NCBI GenBank assembly: GCA_965644295.1
Contig: CBFFRP010000267.1
Span: 1-64,000 of the forward strand
From: Paraphysomonas bandaiensis
Taxonomy: Eukaryota; Protista; Chrysophyceae
Reading direction: 5' to 3'
Length of the DNA stretch: 64,000 bases
A program made the translations under genes and the position numbers. Under the pieces are notes generated by a model, which saw nothing but the letters and a program-made list of their open reading frames with translations, searched no databases and was not told where the DNA came from. Position 1 is the first letter of the stretch; each line of letters opens with the position of its first letter. Below, piece by piece: positions 1-13,379 of the stretch.

Positions 1-66
1 CTGTTTATGATTTTCTGCATTGAAAATGGCATTATTGCTTGTTTTGGGCTTTGTATAAATTGACAT
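1..66 (-). CDS. 5' end of an ORF running off the left edge (MSIYTKPKTSNNAIFNAENHKQ...), possibly from an endogenous viral element
   Basis: ATG at 66 on the minus strand, open to base 1, preceded by a very AT-rich leader; only 22 codons are visible. Confidence 0.3.
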   Translation of the reverse strand, partial: MSIYTKPKTSNNAIFNAENHKQ

Positions 67-204
67 CTATATATAATATAGCATTACATTATTATATTCT
101 ATATTTAAATTAGAATTCAAGGTTTTATGAGTTTTTGCTTAAAGCTTCGCCATTATATCACTACAACTACATTCCAGAGCTTTAAGCATTGCCATTATAC
201 ATTA

Positions 205-555
205 TTATAAAAAAGTCATATAGATAACAAAGTAGATTTAATAAGTAGTTTTTATGGTAGAATCCCGGGGTTTTACAAACCTTACAAATTTAAATTATTT
301 TTCATTTTAATTTTTCCCTCCCCCTATATCTACTATTAAATCTACTTATTAAATCTACTTTGTTATCTATATTACTTTTTATTATAAACATTATAAATAA
401 TATATAAAGTAATTAATTTTATTTAAGAATATAAATAATATATAAAGTAATTATAACTTATTAATAATAAGTTATAAGTTAAACTCACAAAGAGAAGGAA
501 TTACAACCGAAGGTTGTAATTGGAAACACTCGAAGAGAAGAGGCCCCTTGAGGGG
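205..555. repeat. Cluster of inverted repeats, hairpins and short direct repeats
   Basis: ~45 bp inverted pair 205-248 / 342-387; 13-bp perfect stem TTATAACTTATTA-A-TAATAAGTTATAA at 451-477; 10-bp stem with GAA loop AATTACAACC-GAA-GGTTGTAATT at 499-521; GCCCCT-TG-AGGGGC near 544-557; direct repeat ATAAATAATATATAAAGTAATTA at ~393 and ~431. Confidence 0.9.
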
Positions 556-1435
556 CATGTGGGGTAGAAAAAGGCTTGCCCTTGTCCCCCTCCCTTCGTT
601 TTTTCTCATCTTATCTAAAACTAGCTACTTTCTATCTCATTTTACTATTCTACGTCATCCTTGTATCATCATGACTCCTCCCAACTTTTCTACACTAAAG
701 ATGATTGCTATTGAAGTTTATTAATCAAATGGCTAATATGATTTCGTTAACTTAGTAAATACTGCATTGCTTTTAGAGAGAATTGTGTCGCTGTGTAAAA
801 TATAATATACTAGCTCTAAGTACGACATTAGAACTACTATTTGGTGGTGTCTTAATCAAAATATTCCTATAAAAGTGAAATACATATATTAATTAATTAG
901 TTAAAACGAAAATCGGACACAACATGCAGCCAAAAGGGCAAGTTGCCTTAGAGAGACAGTATTACATCTCCTTCCCAGAAATAGAATGTGCCGTCTCGTA
1001 AGCCAGCTATATAACGAGCATTATTCATTATTGAACCAATATAAAACGGTATAATAGGCTATGGTGTATACCTCTACAAGACTAATGAATATTGTTGAGC
1101 TCATTGTAAATGCATAGCAAGCATCTTAATTACGATGACAACAGTGTTCGTTACATACAGTAGCCAGTGATATCGGGTGAAAACAGTCTTAATGCTCGAA
1201 ATAATGATAAGCAGTAAGCACTTTCTGGCTTGATGATACCAATATACAGCTGCTGACCAATTCCCTAATCGATTCATGACTGGGGTAATACTACTTCCGT
1301 ATTATGTTGCATATCATTTCTCAGTGATCTAACCTGCTGTTGCGATCTCCAACCTGCTGTTCCAGTTCTCCAATATCCTGATGCATATGCTGCATCTGGG
1401 TTCAATGCACGTTTAAAGTAACGGAGGTTTGATAA

Positions 1436-1833
1436 TATTGTAATAATAACATACTATATGACATACCGATTGTACAGAGCAGCTGATCAAATTGACGAAT
1501 TGCATCGTGTCATAGATACGGAGAGAACCCACATAGTTATACTAGATACTCGTCCTTCCACGAGCTTCCAGAAATCTACAAGGCCGAATTTAGCGCAAGT
1601 ATGTAAGCTGAATATATTTTGTTTAAAGTATGTGGCTAAGCTATCAGGAGTAAGAGCAATCGGCCATACTTGCGCTAAATTCGGCCTTGTAGATTTTTTG
1701 GGAGCTCGTGGAAGGACGAGTATCTAGTATAACTATGTGGGTTCTCACCGTATCTATGACACGATGCAATTCGTCAATTTGATCAGCTGCTCTGTACAAT
1801 CGGTATGTCATATAGTATGTTATTATTACAATA
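1436..1833. mobile_element. Foldback/MITE-like element with ~168 bp inverted arms and a ~61 bp spacer
   Basis: Arm 1436-1603 is the reverse complement of 1665-1833 with a few mismatches and one 1-bp indel; no credible coding content; no unambiguous TSD (outer bases are TA). Confidence 0.75.
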
Positions 1834-2841
1834 ATTACATATTTAGGACATTGATTTTAACTGAAAACCTCCTCAGCTCATGTCGTCGTTACTCAAACTA
1901 GTCACTCCTCAAGTAACGCCCAGAGAGTGTGAGTTTACATAAATATGATTCCGGCATTAACTTTTCATTAAGATGAATGAGAAATGTAGTGATATCTTAA
2001 CTCTTAGAAGAGATACCTCACTTTGAACTTGAAGTATTTCCATGATATTATGAACGAGATCATATCCAACACCCTTCAGTTGTGTTTGATCCACAATTCC
2101 AGACACACAGAAAGGTGGATTCAAAGCCGATGTGGCTGATATCTATTAAAGTAGATTAAGCAGGCTTCATAGAGGGGAAAATGTCATCGAATTACATGCA
2201 GCTTATTGTCAGCGAGGATTGAGATGCCAGTAGTGATATGTGTTGTATATAGTGTTCTGTTTTGTATAACAGCAAAAGAGGAGATGCTTCACTTGTTGTG
2301 TTAGAGACTGTCACACCAAACTGTATGTAGTATGATATTAGCTTTTGTTGGAAATTGCTCATTGTTCACTAGATCACAGAGAGAATTTGTCGTAAGACTA
2401 GATAGATTTATTAATATCGTTTACATGTTTACACGAAGTTGTGATAAAAAACACAACATATCTTGAAAGATCAACTATTTCAGTTTCTCAATATCATCAC
2501 AGCATTGGTACATCACTATATTTCACTGTATTCTCGTACATTGTCTTTAAGTGACATACTGAATATACTAGAATAAGATCCATACTCTAATAGCTTTACA
2601 TTATACGATTGGAAGATGTAGACGATGTGGAATAGCTATTGGTTCTTGGTAATCAGCGATGATTAAATTGCCTACCTATATATATAATATAGTAGCCACG
2701 AAAGCGATGATGCATAGTCCGTCGCCTACCATTCCACATGTATATGATAAAGATATTATACTTATAATACAAATCAAATACGGCATCCTGTAGTAGCTAT
2801 AGCATACCGAAGAAAATATAGCACAAATAGCATTACACTGA

Positions 2842-5822
2842 CTAGTGGAAGAAATATCTACTTTCTCGAACGCGTGAAATATCCAGACATCCTCGTTTCG
2901 GAACATCTGGAAGACTGATTCCTGGGTATCGCAGTTCCAGTGATGATTTGAGTGTTTCTAACAGAGGAAGACTATAAAGCTCGACAAAACAATTTCTCAA
3001 TTCCTGCAAATAAAAATTAGAGTGCGGTATGACCGTGATGTATCAAACTATACCTCGTTCATGACTTCAACATCGCAGGCGTGAGTCCAGAACGAATCGT
3101 GCACCGCTACAAACGATAAATTCCGATCTTTCATCTTCAGACAAGTCATGAGCATATGGGTTGAGTCGAGTGAATGCACATAATTCGGCGGGAAGGCAGT
3201 TTTCTGCTTTATCCCGGAGACAGGAAGAGCGTCACTTTCCATGCTCAGAGTAATAGATTGCAGTAGGGTTTTAACAGTGTGCGGCACCATCTTCCTGTAC
3301 GGTTGCATGACCGGAAGGCCCAAAGGGGTGATCCAAGAGACTACATGCCCTTGGGTGGCAACAGCAGAAGCAACAACCGCAAGCCATTCCATGATCTCAT
3401 TCGCTGCTTCGAACATATCGCCAAGAGAGTCTATTGTCACATTCGCCAAGTAGCTACAAAATGAAGCCATATTAATGGAAGGACTAATATATGAAATATA
3501 TACTTACTTTGCAGCATCAAAAACCTTTTGGTCCTCAGCCTTATCTAATGTTGTCTCTTCGTCACCATACAGTTTTTCTTTCAATCTGGCCAATATTTGT
3601 GCGCGAGCACCGGTAAGTGTCACACCGTAAACTGAAGTCATCACTGTTTGTTTGATGACTTTTCGATCTACCTTGCCCTTTAGCAGTCGAGCGTTGATGC
3701 CGCGTTTCTGCTTGAGGGGGTCTGGGTGGTTCTCATCGATAGAGCAATCTCGCTCTATAGCGTTTATCACAAGTCCCAAAACCTCTGAATATACGTCCTG
3801 CGGCTTCTGGGCAGGGAGCAAATTTACCGCCTGTCCTCCTGGCTCATCTCGCCCTAATGCCGCATAGTGCTGAAGGCCATTGCACGATCCATCCTGGTGT
3901 ACCGGCAAGTAGCAAGAGTACGTCTCCGTATCTCCACTTTCGATAGCGTTGCGGATTTCTACACACGCAGCTAGGGCCTGAAACGGGTTCTCCGCAGTTG
4001 TCCACCACCTCCGTCCGTCAAGCGGATTCCGGGCACTCTCCAGTACTTCATCTAAATGGTCCTCTGTCCACTGAACACGTTCCGCGAAGCTGATCTTGTT
4101 GTTGCCAAAAAGATTGCACAGATGACACTTCAGCCACGCAAAGCCATTCTTACCAAGTGGCTTGCCTTCGGCGAAGGTGAGAAGGCCTCTGCACATATCC
4201 GATCCCAAGTGACTCAAATTGGGGGGAACTGGGTAAGCACGTCCTCTAAAGTCAAGGTTCCAGGGGTAGTATATTACATCGTCCTTAAACTTTTCAGCAA
4301 TAGATAATTTAATTTCGAGATCGCATCGAAGCGAGTGAGTTGCTTGATTTTTTTGTTTTACCTTTTTGGTTACATAGTCGAAATATACGGGGTCAAACAT
4401 CTCCTTCCCTTCCTCGAAATCCTCGGGCATATGGTCAGCTTCTTCTTCCTTTTTCCCGTAACGCTTCTTGGTAAGCTTGTCTGGGGTCACAAAACAGTCC
4501 GACTCCTTTGGTAGAGGAATATCCACTTTAGAAGGAATCTCTCCTATACACTCTCCACGAGCGTACAGTTCCTTCACTACATGGTAAACTGACTTATTGA
4601 TCCTCCATGGAATGCGTCCGAGGTAGTTAAGTCCGTCTAAAATTGGTTGCATATCAGCACGTGTTAGTACCTTCATCTGACTGGGCGTGCGGTACCGCAA
4701 TATCGAGCTCTTGAGTGTTAAATATCCACCATTTAGGGTCCGTGACTCCCACGGCCGTGGGGGCACCACCATTGGCAGAAAAGCGGGCTCACCGTAGTGA
4801 AGGGATTCCTCTGTTACCGTTTGGAATGCTGACTCTGTCAGGCGCACAATACCAACCTTCTTTAATTTGTTTTTTCCGATATACGGAGTTAGGTGCTCCA
4901 AGGCGGGAGATCCATCTGCCTGTAGGGCGGCGTCCATGAACGACTTGATGAGAAAGCCTCCAATCTTAAGCTTCTTTTCTTGAGACCACTCGTCTTCATC
5001 CAGATATCGGCGCAGCTGCTTACCCAGGCGACTTGCCATGCGAGGTTTGCCTGAAGCGCTAAGTATCATCTCTTGTTGCCATCCTCGGTGCCATGCCTTC
5101 CCCCCATTAACTTTTGAGATATTGATTTCCGTGTGCAAGGCCTCAGATATTTCTTTAGCTAACTTCGCAGCACTAGCACCATGGTTTCCAGAGACAAGAA
5201 TCGCGTTTATCACGGTATTGATTGTGATAACAGTGATTTTCTCGATGGGAAGGAGCACCAAAACGGGCCCATAAACATTTCTGTCTTGACTGAGTTCGTT
5301 ACTGCGGACGAGCTCCATTTCCTTGGTGAGCGCCGAATTCAAAGGCTCATACCACGATAATACCACCCGCTGTACGGACTTCAAATTCGCCGCCTTACCC
5401 ATCTTAATGAGGCTTTTTACACTTTCAATAGCCTCGACAGTTGTATCTGCACGCTGCTGCTTCTCTATTTCCAACTGACGCTGATATAATGCTTTTTCAT
5501 CCGTTTCGTTCATCGAAGAAGTCGCACATTCTGCAATTCTTTCCTGAAGTTGATTGTCAATACCAAAAGAGCCCACAGTTTCAGGGAAATCTCTGAAATC
5601 TCTCGGAAACATAACTTCATTCATCTCCACTACAGGCTCAGCTTCAGATATATATGAAATAGCTTCATTTGTTTGAAAAAAATCAACATCAGTTTCATAG
5701 AGGTACTTATAAGTAACTGAAGGAGAAGGCATCGATTGTAGTTGCATAGCTAACGATGACTGTACACGACGAGTAACAATCGATTGCAACAAACGACTTC
5801 CGATTCTTCTCTTCAGCATCAT
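2842..5822 (-). CDS. RPOT: Single-subunit T3/T7 phage-type RNA polymerase, most likely mitochondrial; 3 exons (5822-3508, 3453-3054, 3003-2842)
   Basis: Motifs LDFRGRAY, PVHQDGSCNGLQHYAAL (motif A), RKVIKQTVMTSVYG (motif B), FPPNYVHSLDSTH, VHDSFWTH (motif C); spliced last exon ends ESRYFFH*; Arg-rich presequence-like N-terminus; GT-AG introns restore the frame. Confidence 0.95.
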
Positions 5823-7336
5823 ATGTACCTTAATATCTTTATTAAAACATGCAATGAAATGATAATATGAGGTTCTGTTAGTGTTATATGTCTATAGGTT
5901 ACAGTATTAATAGTTAAGTGGAATGAATTTCTTCCATTGATAGTAATGTATGTATATGTATGCATGTATGTATGTATATGTAAGTATGTATCATACCACT
6001 GCATGATGTTCTATATACATAGACTTCTATATATAGCAATGGAAGTATGGAGACAAGAAATAGTGGTGGTGGTGATGATGCAAGATGATTGGCTGGAAGG
6101 TAGAGTACGATAGATATGAATGGCGACCCGAAAGCTTGTAATACGGTGAATACTGTCTGTAGGATGGAATATTTCAATTGATATTTTGTGTAACGATATA
6201 ATGCTATCCGAAATGTTAGATTCAGCACAATGTTGGAGATTTTATAGAAAAATTAGTAGTATTTGTGGGGCATAACAAGAAAACTAATGTCGTTTCCCAA
6301 TTGTTGTGTATGTCAACATTCTGGAAATTGTAGTTTTCTATATCCAATCATACTATAGAATTATGTACCACTGGGATGTGATTTGATAGTGTTGCAAGAA
6401 CAAATGAAGTGGATACACTACGGTGTTATGAGTATGGTAACAAGAAGCTTATGGTATAGCTAAAAGCACATGAAACGAAGGAATTTGTGAACACATTGAG
6501 ATGGAAGTGAGTCATTTATTCTAATCGATGTATAGAACTGTGGCAATAATTGAGACAAGACCTCCCTAGTACTGTTGCCATAGATAGGGTCCTTCCTGCT
6601 CTCAATATAGGGTTAGAGGTAGTTATCACCGTCTTTTTATGATGTATGGCTCATCAATCTATATTTTTTAAATTAGATTAAGTGAAACATCTGATTAATC
6701 TTTAGGTTGTGATTTCTATAGAGTAAGGTTCTATTGGTGATTTTTCCTACTTTTTTATTCATATCAGTGTCAATGTATAATTTGATGACACGAATATGTA
6801 TGTTAAGCATCACCATTTCCTATCATCCATTTCCATGTGTACAGGTAATAGAGGATATAAAGACGCACAAAAATAATTTTTGAAACACCTAACACATAAT
6901 TCTAACTTATTACTTCTGAAATCTGCTATATCTAAAGATCCATTTCTGTGTACCTTATTCCCATAGCTAATACTAGAAATAGCTCTTTAGCCACATATAG
7001 CAACTCGGGCTTGAGTTGACAGCTACTTATATATTTGCTATGGCGACTTTATTGGAGGTTGTACAGACTACATGATATAAATAAACGTACCACAGCTGCA
7101 TAAATACCACTGCGTGGTTACTTATATATTGGCATACTACAAGAAACCTAAAGAGAGACGGCTGATATCTTGTGTAGTATACGACTGCTACGTTTTACTA
7201 ACGGTGCATTTGTGGATTACTGAGTACTGAGCTGCCACAAAGCACAGCAAACTACTTAATGTACACTCGGTGATATAGCTACAAAATAATTACAGAACAG
7301 CTCACACTAATTAAACTAATAACGAGCACTTTTCAC

Positions 7337-8322
7337 CTAATTACCGGCCTGTCGGAAATTTTCGTGGCCGGTTGTCTTGGCATGTAGAACAGCACCTTCT
7401 TGCCCAACTAGTCCCTCACCACATATCATGCAGACCAGACTAAAACTCGAGACATTGGTAAATTTATTTTGACGCTTAAGTTGCTGTGCCATCTCCAGGC
7501 ATTGCATCTCTACGGTCTCATCATCCGGTCTGAGAACAAGGGTAAGAATCATTTTATGATCGTTGCTATCATATACACACCTAAACTCAGTGACATCGCC
7601 ACTCTCACCTTCTCCGGCGGCACGAGCAAGAGCGTCATAGTGAATTCCTGCAAATAGTAATCACCTAAACGTAGAGTACTACTATTTCATTCATACCGTC
7701 GAATAGTAAGTAATGTCTTGAAGTAAAGCCTCTATCACGACCGTACACATACATATTTCCAGCCTCTACGTTAACCACAGCTATCTCAACCTCATAGTAC
7801 TCGCAAAGAATGCTCACTGAAATGATAAATGACTATACAAAAAATCTATAATATCATCTTACACTCTATCTCCCCGCCCCAATTAGTATTGACCTTTATC
7901 CATGAGGCATATTCATCAGCTGTTTTATCCACAAGGTACGCAGAATACTTGTCAATATCCCGAAGGATCTCACACGCAATCATATTCCGCATTTCATCTG
8001 GGCGGAAATTACGAGATCGTGTGCGCACATATGCAACTGCATTAAACAAACAAGAATTGTCAGCTGCGATAATTCTCCTAACGATTTTTGGGGATTCTCT
8101 AACGAGTACAACAGTTCCAGATAATATACCATGATCTGTAATGCGCTCATCTAAATTGGTGTATATGACTTTCTGTGGTGGATATCCCGTATATATTTGG
8201 GGATGATCACAAGAAGATAAGCTCTTAACACTATCCAATAGATCCTTAATAGAGGCCGTCTCCTCTAGTTTTAGTCTAGCACTGGACCCATCCGGTTTTT
8301 GGATTTTCAAAAGTAAAGACAT
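7337..8322 (-). CDS. YOD1: OTU1/YOD1-family deubiquitinase (UBL-like N-terminus, OTU domain, C-terminal C2H2 zinc finger); multi-exon
   Basis: ADNSCLFNAV catalytic Cys motif, WGGEIE, spliced GIHYDAL His motif (~7630-7650), C-terminal CMICGEGLVGQEGAVLHAKTTGHENF. Confidence 0.9.
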
Positions 8323-8904
8323 TATGAGTTGACAAGAAATAACAGCACGACGTATGTCTAAGGAGTACGCACCAGGATATGGCAGTACTTAATAAGTACA
8401 TATATATGTACAGTACATATCATGAATAGGAATACATGCATGACCAACCCACATCTACACATTGGACAAACTCAGTGTTGTGGGATGGACAAAATATGGA
8501 GGTTTCAGGAAAATGGCTGCTTTTGATATCAGAGTATGCACAAAACAAAGATTTCTATGCTTTTTTTGATGTGTTTCTTGTACTAAAACTCTTTCGGTGT
8601 ATTGTTGAGAGTTGAGAGCAAATATTCAGTTTTTGACATCTGTCAGCCTCTCCGTATTGTACGTACAGAACTCAGATTATTCTTGCTACTTCTTGTATAC
8701 AGCTAAAAAAATACTTGGAAGTTCACCTGAGGCCTGAGGGGGTTGGTGAGATCTCATGTACTATACATGCATAGTGCTGCTGTATGGATATGCTCGGAAT
8801 GTATGACTGCTGCTGTATATCCACAACACATACATATATAAAATCATATGCATAATATCACACTATACACCAGTTAATAGAGTACACTGATCTCCATCAA
8901 TACA

Positions 8905-11829
8905 ATGAGTGAAGAATGGAATGAACAACGATTCCGTGAACAAGTAGAGACGGCTCTGGTTCATGCTCGACGTGTGCTGGATAATGATAAGCGGCCTGTG
9001 TTTCCCGCAGATGTGAGTCACCAGTACCAGGACAAGTATCTTCTCTCTGATATGGTGGCTAATTTAGCTCTTGCTGCTACTGTCAATACACTCTCTACGA
9101 TCGGATCGATGGAATCTTGTTTCAACCGAATGATTGAATGGTCTCGATCGAAATCAGTCTCTCTGCGATTCACTTCAACGGAACGATGTGTGTTTCTAAG
9201 AGAGACCAAACGAGATGTTGACTCAGCCACGAAGCATGTAACGGAGTTTTCGTATGGTCCAAAGATTACGAGCAAGACCGTTACGACAATAACGGAATAT
9301 TTCTGGAGGTTTGAATGCACTTATGAAGTGGTAGCATTCTGCGGGACAGGCGAGTCGCCAGGTGATTCTATACAGATATTTCAGAAATCTGGGAAAACTG
9401 AGATCAAAACAAATGTGGAGAATGCACCACACAGTGAAGTGGTAGTTCGAGATCCCGTGGATGTAAATATAACGCACTTGCTTCAGCTATTAGCACCTGG
9501 GGAGGAACCGGGATCGTCCACCGCAACACCATTATTCAGAATCAACAGAGAGCTTGACACTTGTCACACTCCTCGCAGAAATAAGCAAGTGGAAGATCTC
9601 TTAATCTGTTACCGAGACTTGTTTATATGGTGCGGGGAAGTGCACCGTTATTTCACATCTGTGCTCTTTCCCGTGGAACAGGAAAGTGGTCTTGATCTAG
9701 GCGCAATCCACGTTCGCGATATATTTGTTCCTGTAGTTCCTTTAATGATAGACTCCTCTATTTCTCCGTCCGGTAGTTCGGCCCGTGCGATAGAGGATGT
9801 GACAAGTGCACCCTCTGGTCGTGTCCGCAGACAGGGTTCTCACGACCTGACAGCAACCACGAACCTTCCCGAAGGTGGTCTACAAAATCGCGGTCAATCT
9901 CCTGAAGTCGTGCTTGGCGTTCATCAGGTTGAAAGCTTTTTAAACGAAGAGGCACGATCTCTGCAATCATGTTTCGAAAAGATGGACGCAGTGTTTCCAT
10001 CCCGGACAGCCACTGCCACTCTGATAACCGCTGCTGAGGGATCACTTTTAATCACACTGCTACATATTCAACAGCTTTGTCAGCATTACAAGGACGCGGT
10101 AGACTACATTGAGAGTCTCATCCGAGAGCAGTTGGTGAGTGCTATTGGTAAAGTTGTGACTCCAGAAGACTTCAATCACTACATGAGATTTCACAACACC
10201 AAACTATTCCGTGCCGAGTATGCACCCCGTCCGTTCTGTCACGCCATACGCCGCTCCCCTGACCATGCACCAGAGGGTGTGCTCAGCATTGAACAGTACT
10301 GCGATAATTCCATCCCCGAGCCAATAGCAACTGTAGTGAGTCGCAGTGTAGCTTCAACACCCATGAAATTCACGCTCAACGCTGCAACATCTGTCTCGTT
10401 TACTGGTGAACGATATTTACACGCACACATGATGCATAAGTTCGAGAGTGAACGTCTACCCATGTGTGAAGTCATTGGATGTCAAGCTCCTTGTTTAACA
10501 CTTCGTGCGGAAGCTAGACAGTTCAGTAGCTTTATCATCCTCATTGGACGTATTTCAAGTGCGACTACATTTGAACCCAAGTACGGCATGATTGTTAAAG
10601 ACAAGGACGAAATAAGTATCCCTTTGGACCTGGAGACAATTCCTTCTGCCAAGGAATTTAAGGACGCCATCGCGAGTCTATCCCCCGAGCAACAAAGGTT
10701 TGCTAAGGCCTTCCGAGGTATGCAGCTGGAGAGTACTTTATTTGGCGTATGCGTAATTCAGATCAAGCCGCAGCTGGAGAGAGTGTTGAAACTTCCACCT
10801 GACAGCCTCACGAAAGAAATTCGTCTTGCTCAGGACCTAATGGAGATGTTCATTAAGTATCAAATTCCCTCCGATCTCATGTCGTATGATGGAGAGGACA
10901 TAGCGTCTGTAAAGGAGAAGCTCGATAGGGTAAAAGGTCATGTTAGTGCACTCCGCGATATGATACGTTCTGCCGAGGATAAGGAGATTGAGGAGCAGAA
11001 GCAAGAGAGATTGTATCATGACCCTTTTGCTAATAATCAATCTGTTGGCGGTACGTTTGGAAGTTCCCAGGAACAGCGAGGGAACTTTTCGTTTGGTTCA
11101 AAGGGGATACCTCTTGCTCCTGCTACATTTTCATTGGAAACAGCAGGTGGAATTGAGGCACCAAGTGGAGGTGGAGGACTTCGGACACGTCGTCTTTCTT
11201 CTCGGTCTGCCGAACCTCCTAAAAGTGTAATGGATCAAGTACCTCCTTCTCCACCACGATCTGCAGCGGTCCGTGAGGAGATTCAGCATCTCAGCGAACC
11301 CAGTGCACCCAATCGTCAAGACACTGGTATACCTGATACTTCTCAAGATTCAGTCGAGGAAGCCCCGCCAGGTGTGACAGACTATACGAAGATTCCTCAC
11401 CAGCTGGATAGCAAATTTGAGTCCATGGATAAGGAAGGATCTGTTCGTCCGACTATTATCAATGTTGGTAGCACGTGGAGCAAAAAATTCAAAAAGTCAT
11501 TGTTAGCTGATGTCACTACCAGCACACTTCGTTCTGATAAGCAGAAGAGTGAGAAGGTCGCAGCGTTTGATCTTCTAGACGCTCTGTCGAAATCGGGAGG
11601 GTTACAGATTGAGGATGCAGCTCTACACGTTGTGATGGCTGCTACCCATTGCTTCGACAGGAATCTTATGGATACAATTGTCCAGAAGAGTGTGAATCCC
11701 ATCGAGAAGGTGGAGCACTCAACAATGATTATGGCTACTATTGTGCATGATCAACCCGTCGAAGCGCTTGTGAAGAGTGATCAATTGCCCCGTTTACTTG
11801 AATTTTCACCCACTTTGAGTGAACTGTGA
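8905..11829 (+). CDS. Uncharacterised 974-aa protein, copy A of the inverted pair
   Basis: Long intronless ORF with ordered-looking blocks (e.g. SLSPEQQRFAKAFRGMQLESTLFGVCVIQIKPQLE, YQIPSDLMSYDG); no function recognised. Confidence 0.9.
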   Translation: MSEEWNEQRFREQVETALVHARRVLDNDKRPVFPADVSHQYQDKYLLSDMVANLALAATVNTLSTIGSMESCFNRMIEWSRSKSVSLRFTSTERCVFLRETKRDVDSATKHVTEFSYGPKITSKTVTTITEYFWRFECTYEVVAFCGTGESPGDSIQIFQKSGKTEIKTNVENAPHSEVVVRDPVDVNITHLLQLLAPGEEPGSSTATPLFRINRELDTCHTPRRNKQVEDLLICYRDLFIWCGEVHRYFTSVLFPVEQESGLDLGAIHVRDIFVPVVPLMIDSSISPSGSSARAIEDVTSAPSGRVRRQGSHDLTATTNLPEGGLQNRGQSPEVVLGVHQVESFLNEEARSLQSCFEKMDAVFPSRTATATLITAAEGSLLITLLHIQQLCQHYKDAVDYIESLIREQLVSAIGKVVTPEDFNHYMRFHNTKLFRAEYAPRPFCHAIRRSPDHAPEGVLSIEQYCDNSIPEPIATVVSRSVASTPMKFTLNAATSVSFTGERYLHAHMMHKFESERLPMCEVIGCQAPCLTLRAEARQFSSFIILIGRISSATTFEPKYGMIVKDKDEISIPLDLETIPSAKEFKDAIASLSPEQQRFAKAFRGMQLESTLFGVCVIQIKPQLERVLKLPPDSLTKEIRLAQDLMEMFIKYQIPSDLMSYDGEDIASVKEKLDRVKGHVSALRDMIRSAEDKEIEEQKQERLYHDPFANNQSVGGTFGSSQEQRGNFSFGSKGIPLAPATFSLETAGGIEAPSGGGGLRTRRLSSRSAEPPKSVMDQVPPSPPRSAAVREEIQHLSEPSAPNRQDTGIPDTSQDSVEEAPPGVTDYTKIPHQLDSKFESMDKEGSVRPTIINVGSTWSKKFKKSLLADVTTSTLRSDKQKSEKVAAFDLLDALSKSGGLQIEDAALHVVMAATHCFDRNLMDTIVQKSVNPIEKVEHSTMIMATIVHDQPVEALVKSDQLPRLLEFSPTLSEL

Positions 11830-13379
11830 GCGTAAGTCTCCCTTCAGTCGCGAAGTTCGAAATAATTTGCAATATTTATTGTGAGTGTGAGAGGTTTGAT
11901 AATTGAAGTGTTATTTGTTATTTATTATTTTAATACAGAATTATTAAATACAATTTTTTCTTACTTACTCTGGTCTTGCTTTTACTGAATTTAGGTCAGC
12001 ATTACTATTGTGTGTTACAATACAAATTTAATGTCGACTTAGTAGTAGCTGCAGCACGAAACACGTAGTTGAATTTTGTCTAAAGTGGTACAACTTGTTG
12101 GAATTCCTCTTACTTACGTTTAACTATTAGACCACATTCCAAGTGTCATATATAGTTAGTCATCTGACCCGAACTCACGCGAAATCAGAATATGATTCAT
12201 TCTCAAACTTATTATGTTTTTAACAGTACTATGTTTTTTATAATATACAAACTCTACCTTTTTTTTAATTATACAGCGTAAGATGGACTCGGTGTGGCAG
12301 CAGTGTACTCGTGATTTTAGCTTGCAGGGAGATCGAGGAATTGATGTCGATGTAGATCACCTACTATAATAATGTAGGACTTGTACTCATCTTAAACGCC
12401 ATTTCGACGTAGAGTCATCCCGTTCTGTACACGAAGTGTAATTATATACCGGTTAAAATTAAGTCGAGGAAATACAAAGACCTGGTATTAAATATTATTT
12501 TACTATAATTTGTATATATGTGAGGTTAAAGATAATAGTTGTTATTAGAAGTTTTTTTACTGCTTCTTCTACTTGTGTTCTTTTTGTATGATCATATTCT
12601 CATATAGCTGCATTATTTATATGCCTCTCGTCAGAATTCAAATGCTCCAATCGTATAGCTTGATTTTAGATACATTGCATACGCATGCAATCTCCACCAC
12701 TACTACATGCAATAACACCGCTACTACTTGCAGTAGTATTTTAGTACCTATGCTCCGAGCCGACATGGCAATACCTGTTGGTGGCATATTATTACAAGTA
12801 GATGAAGGATCATTTGCAGGTAGAGAATCATCATTTTTTCTCATCAAAAGATCATGAAGTTCTGCTAGACCTGGCATCATTAGTGCCTGACGAAGTTCAG
12901 CAACAGCGGGAGGTATGAGATCTGCTTTCTGTTGGGATTCGACGACCACCATCTTTATGAACAGTATTACTTACTTACCCTGTATAATACATGCTTACTG
13001 TGTAAACGTTATATGAAGTGTGGTGGTGTTTGTTTTACATATTTTATGAATATAATATACTAGAGGAACTTCTTTGTCTAAATATAGTACGATATCAGAG
13101 TGAATCATTAATTAGTTACATTGGTTTGCTACAACAGTTCTGACTCTTACACACCTATTGTTAATAATCAGATATTTACTACTATCGACACTAAATTATT
13201 TTCACATTATTTTGAAGCGTTTATTCAATTCTACAGAGTACTTTTTATACACGTAATTGTAACAAATATCAACATACTTGTTATAAATTCCCGCTCCGCA
13301 TCTGACTTGATAATATTAAACAGGGTCCCTTGAATCAACTTCAAATGCAGATTTATTATTCTTTAGTTGTTCGAGACGG

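Noticed and set aside
2842-5822. T7-like RNA polymerase as evidence of a prophage, or as partner of the GAA-loop hairpin at 499-521
   Set aside because: It has spliceosomal introns and a presequence-like N-terminus, as expected for the ordinary nuclear-encoded organellar polymerase; nothing links it to the hairpin
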